This document shows, piece by piece, positions 63,100 to 64,000 of a DNA stretch of 64,000 nt (its first letter is position 1; every line of letters begins with the position of its first letter). Origin of the DNA: Podarcis melisellensis. Its lineage: Eukaryota. Location of the stretch: the NCBI GenBank assembly GCA_964234715.1, contig OZ174282.1; one strand, given 5' to 3'. Under the pieces are notes generated by a model, which ran no database searches, was not told where the DNA came from, and worked only from the letters and a program-made list of their open reading frames with translations. Both the position numbers and the translations under genes were made by a program.

Positions 63100-64000
63100 G
63101 TTGGTAGGGCATTGGGCTCAATCACCTTGGTCCCCTTCCTTCTTCCACTGCCAGCATTATTATCCTTAAGTGGCATCCCCACCCTGCCCGGGATTTCAGT
63201 ACAGCATTTTGTTGCTTGCAGAAATTCTGTAACCTCACGCTTACACAAGCTAGCACATTTTCCCATGAGGTTGAAATCTGGAGGGATGGGGTCTCTTCCC
63301 CCTGCCCCTGCCTCTTCAGAGATTGATGGTAATGAGGAGGCTACTAAAATAAGACTTCTCTAGCAATAGGAAAGGGATCTATAAAAGGGGTTTCAGTGGT
63401 CACAAAAGAAATGTAGAGAAGTACATTTTTAGGCCGTCGTTCTGAGCAAATGCCTGTCCAGAGCGACGTACAATTGAAACCTAAGATAAAAAACAGTGCA
63501 AAATTTAAAACTCTAAAAGCTCAGCTATTGTAAGTCATCAGCACCTGACACAGAATGTTCTGCCTATATGCTTTGAATCGTTATGATGTGTTCACACACA
63601 TTTTATGGGGTACCTGTGTAACATCCTAAAACGGTTGCCTTATTTGCTTCTTCAGTTTTTTCTAGGCCACAGAGAATCAAACGTATTTTGGGAGCAATGG
63701 AACAGTAACACAGTCTCCGCAGGTGTAGATCTCCTTAGGGCCTTTGCGTATTTTTATTTAGAGGCATTGTTTTGACAAGTGCAGTGGTACATTAGGGTGA
63801 GGCTATTGCCATTCATCTATACCACAGCATACCTTCATTGAGATTCCTGCATTGCAGGGCGTTGAACTAGATGACCCCGGGGGGGGGGGGGTCTCTTCCA
63901 ACTCTATAATTCTTTCCAGTGAACATTGTTTTAGCTGTGTATTTTCCCCCAATCAAGTAGCTATTTAATTACTACTTATTCGCCTATATTTTTTAAAATA

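Noticed and set aside
63100-63363. Read-through of exon 11 as an alternative C-terminus
   Set aside because: A donor exists at 63100, the peptide does not resemble the basic TENT4B C-terminus, and no canonical polyA signal is nearby

Overview
Vertebrate nuclear DNA, almost certainly a lacertid lizard (three Sauria/POM-type SINE copies). The + strand carries the last four coding exons of HEATR3 (204-3872), a CpG-island promoter, and exons 1-11 of TENT4B/PAPD5 (ATG 12927; the final exon lies beyond the window). This is the same gene order as in human. The main accessory element is an intact, very young Ty3/gypsy chromovirus of the Tf1/sushi group (PEG10-related), inserted antisense in TENT4B intron 1 at 17956-24449. 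It has 767-bp LTRs differing at one position by eye and a GCTAG target-site duplication (TSD). Unusual features of the element: (i) no tRNA primer site, but an 11-nt site perfectly complementary to the predicted 5' end of its own RNA (Tf1-type self-priming); (ii) a GGGAAAC -1 frameshift with a pseudoknot; (iii) a Pol frame that runs past a degenerate chromodomain through the polypurine tract, all of U3, the TATA box and the self-primer, stopping only inside R, so the LTR itself is protein-coding; (iv) a consensus splice donor overlapping the primer site. The remainder is intronic/intergenic sequence with many hAT and Tc1/mariner MITEs, SINEs, CR1, RTE-like and Penelope-like remnants. All coordinates were read by eye and no database searches were run.
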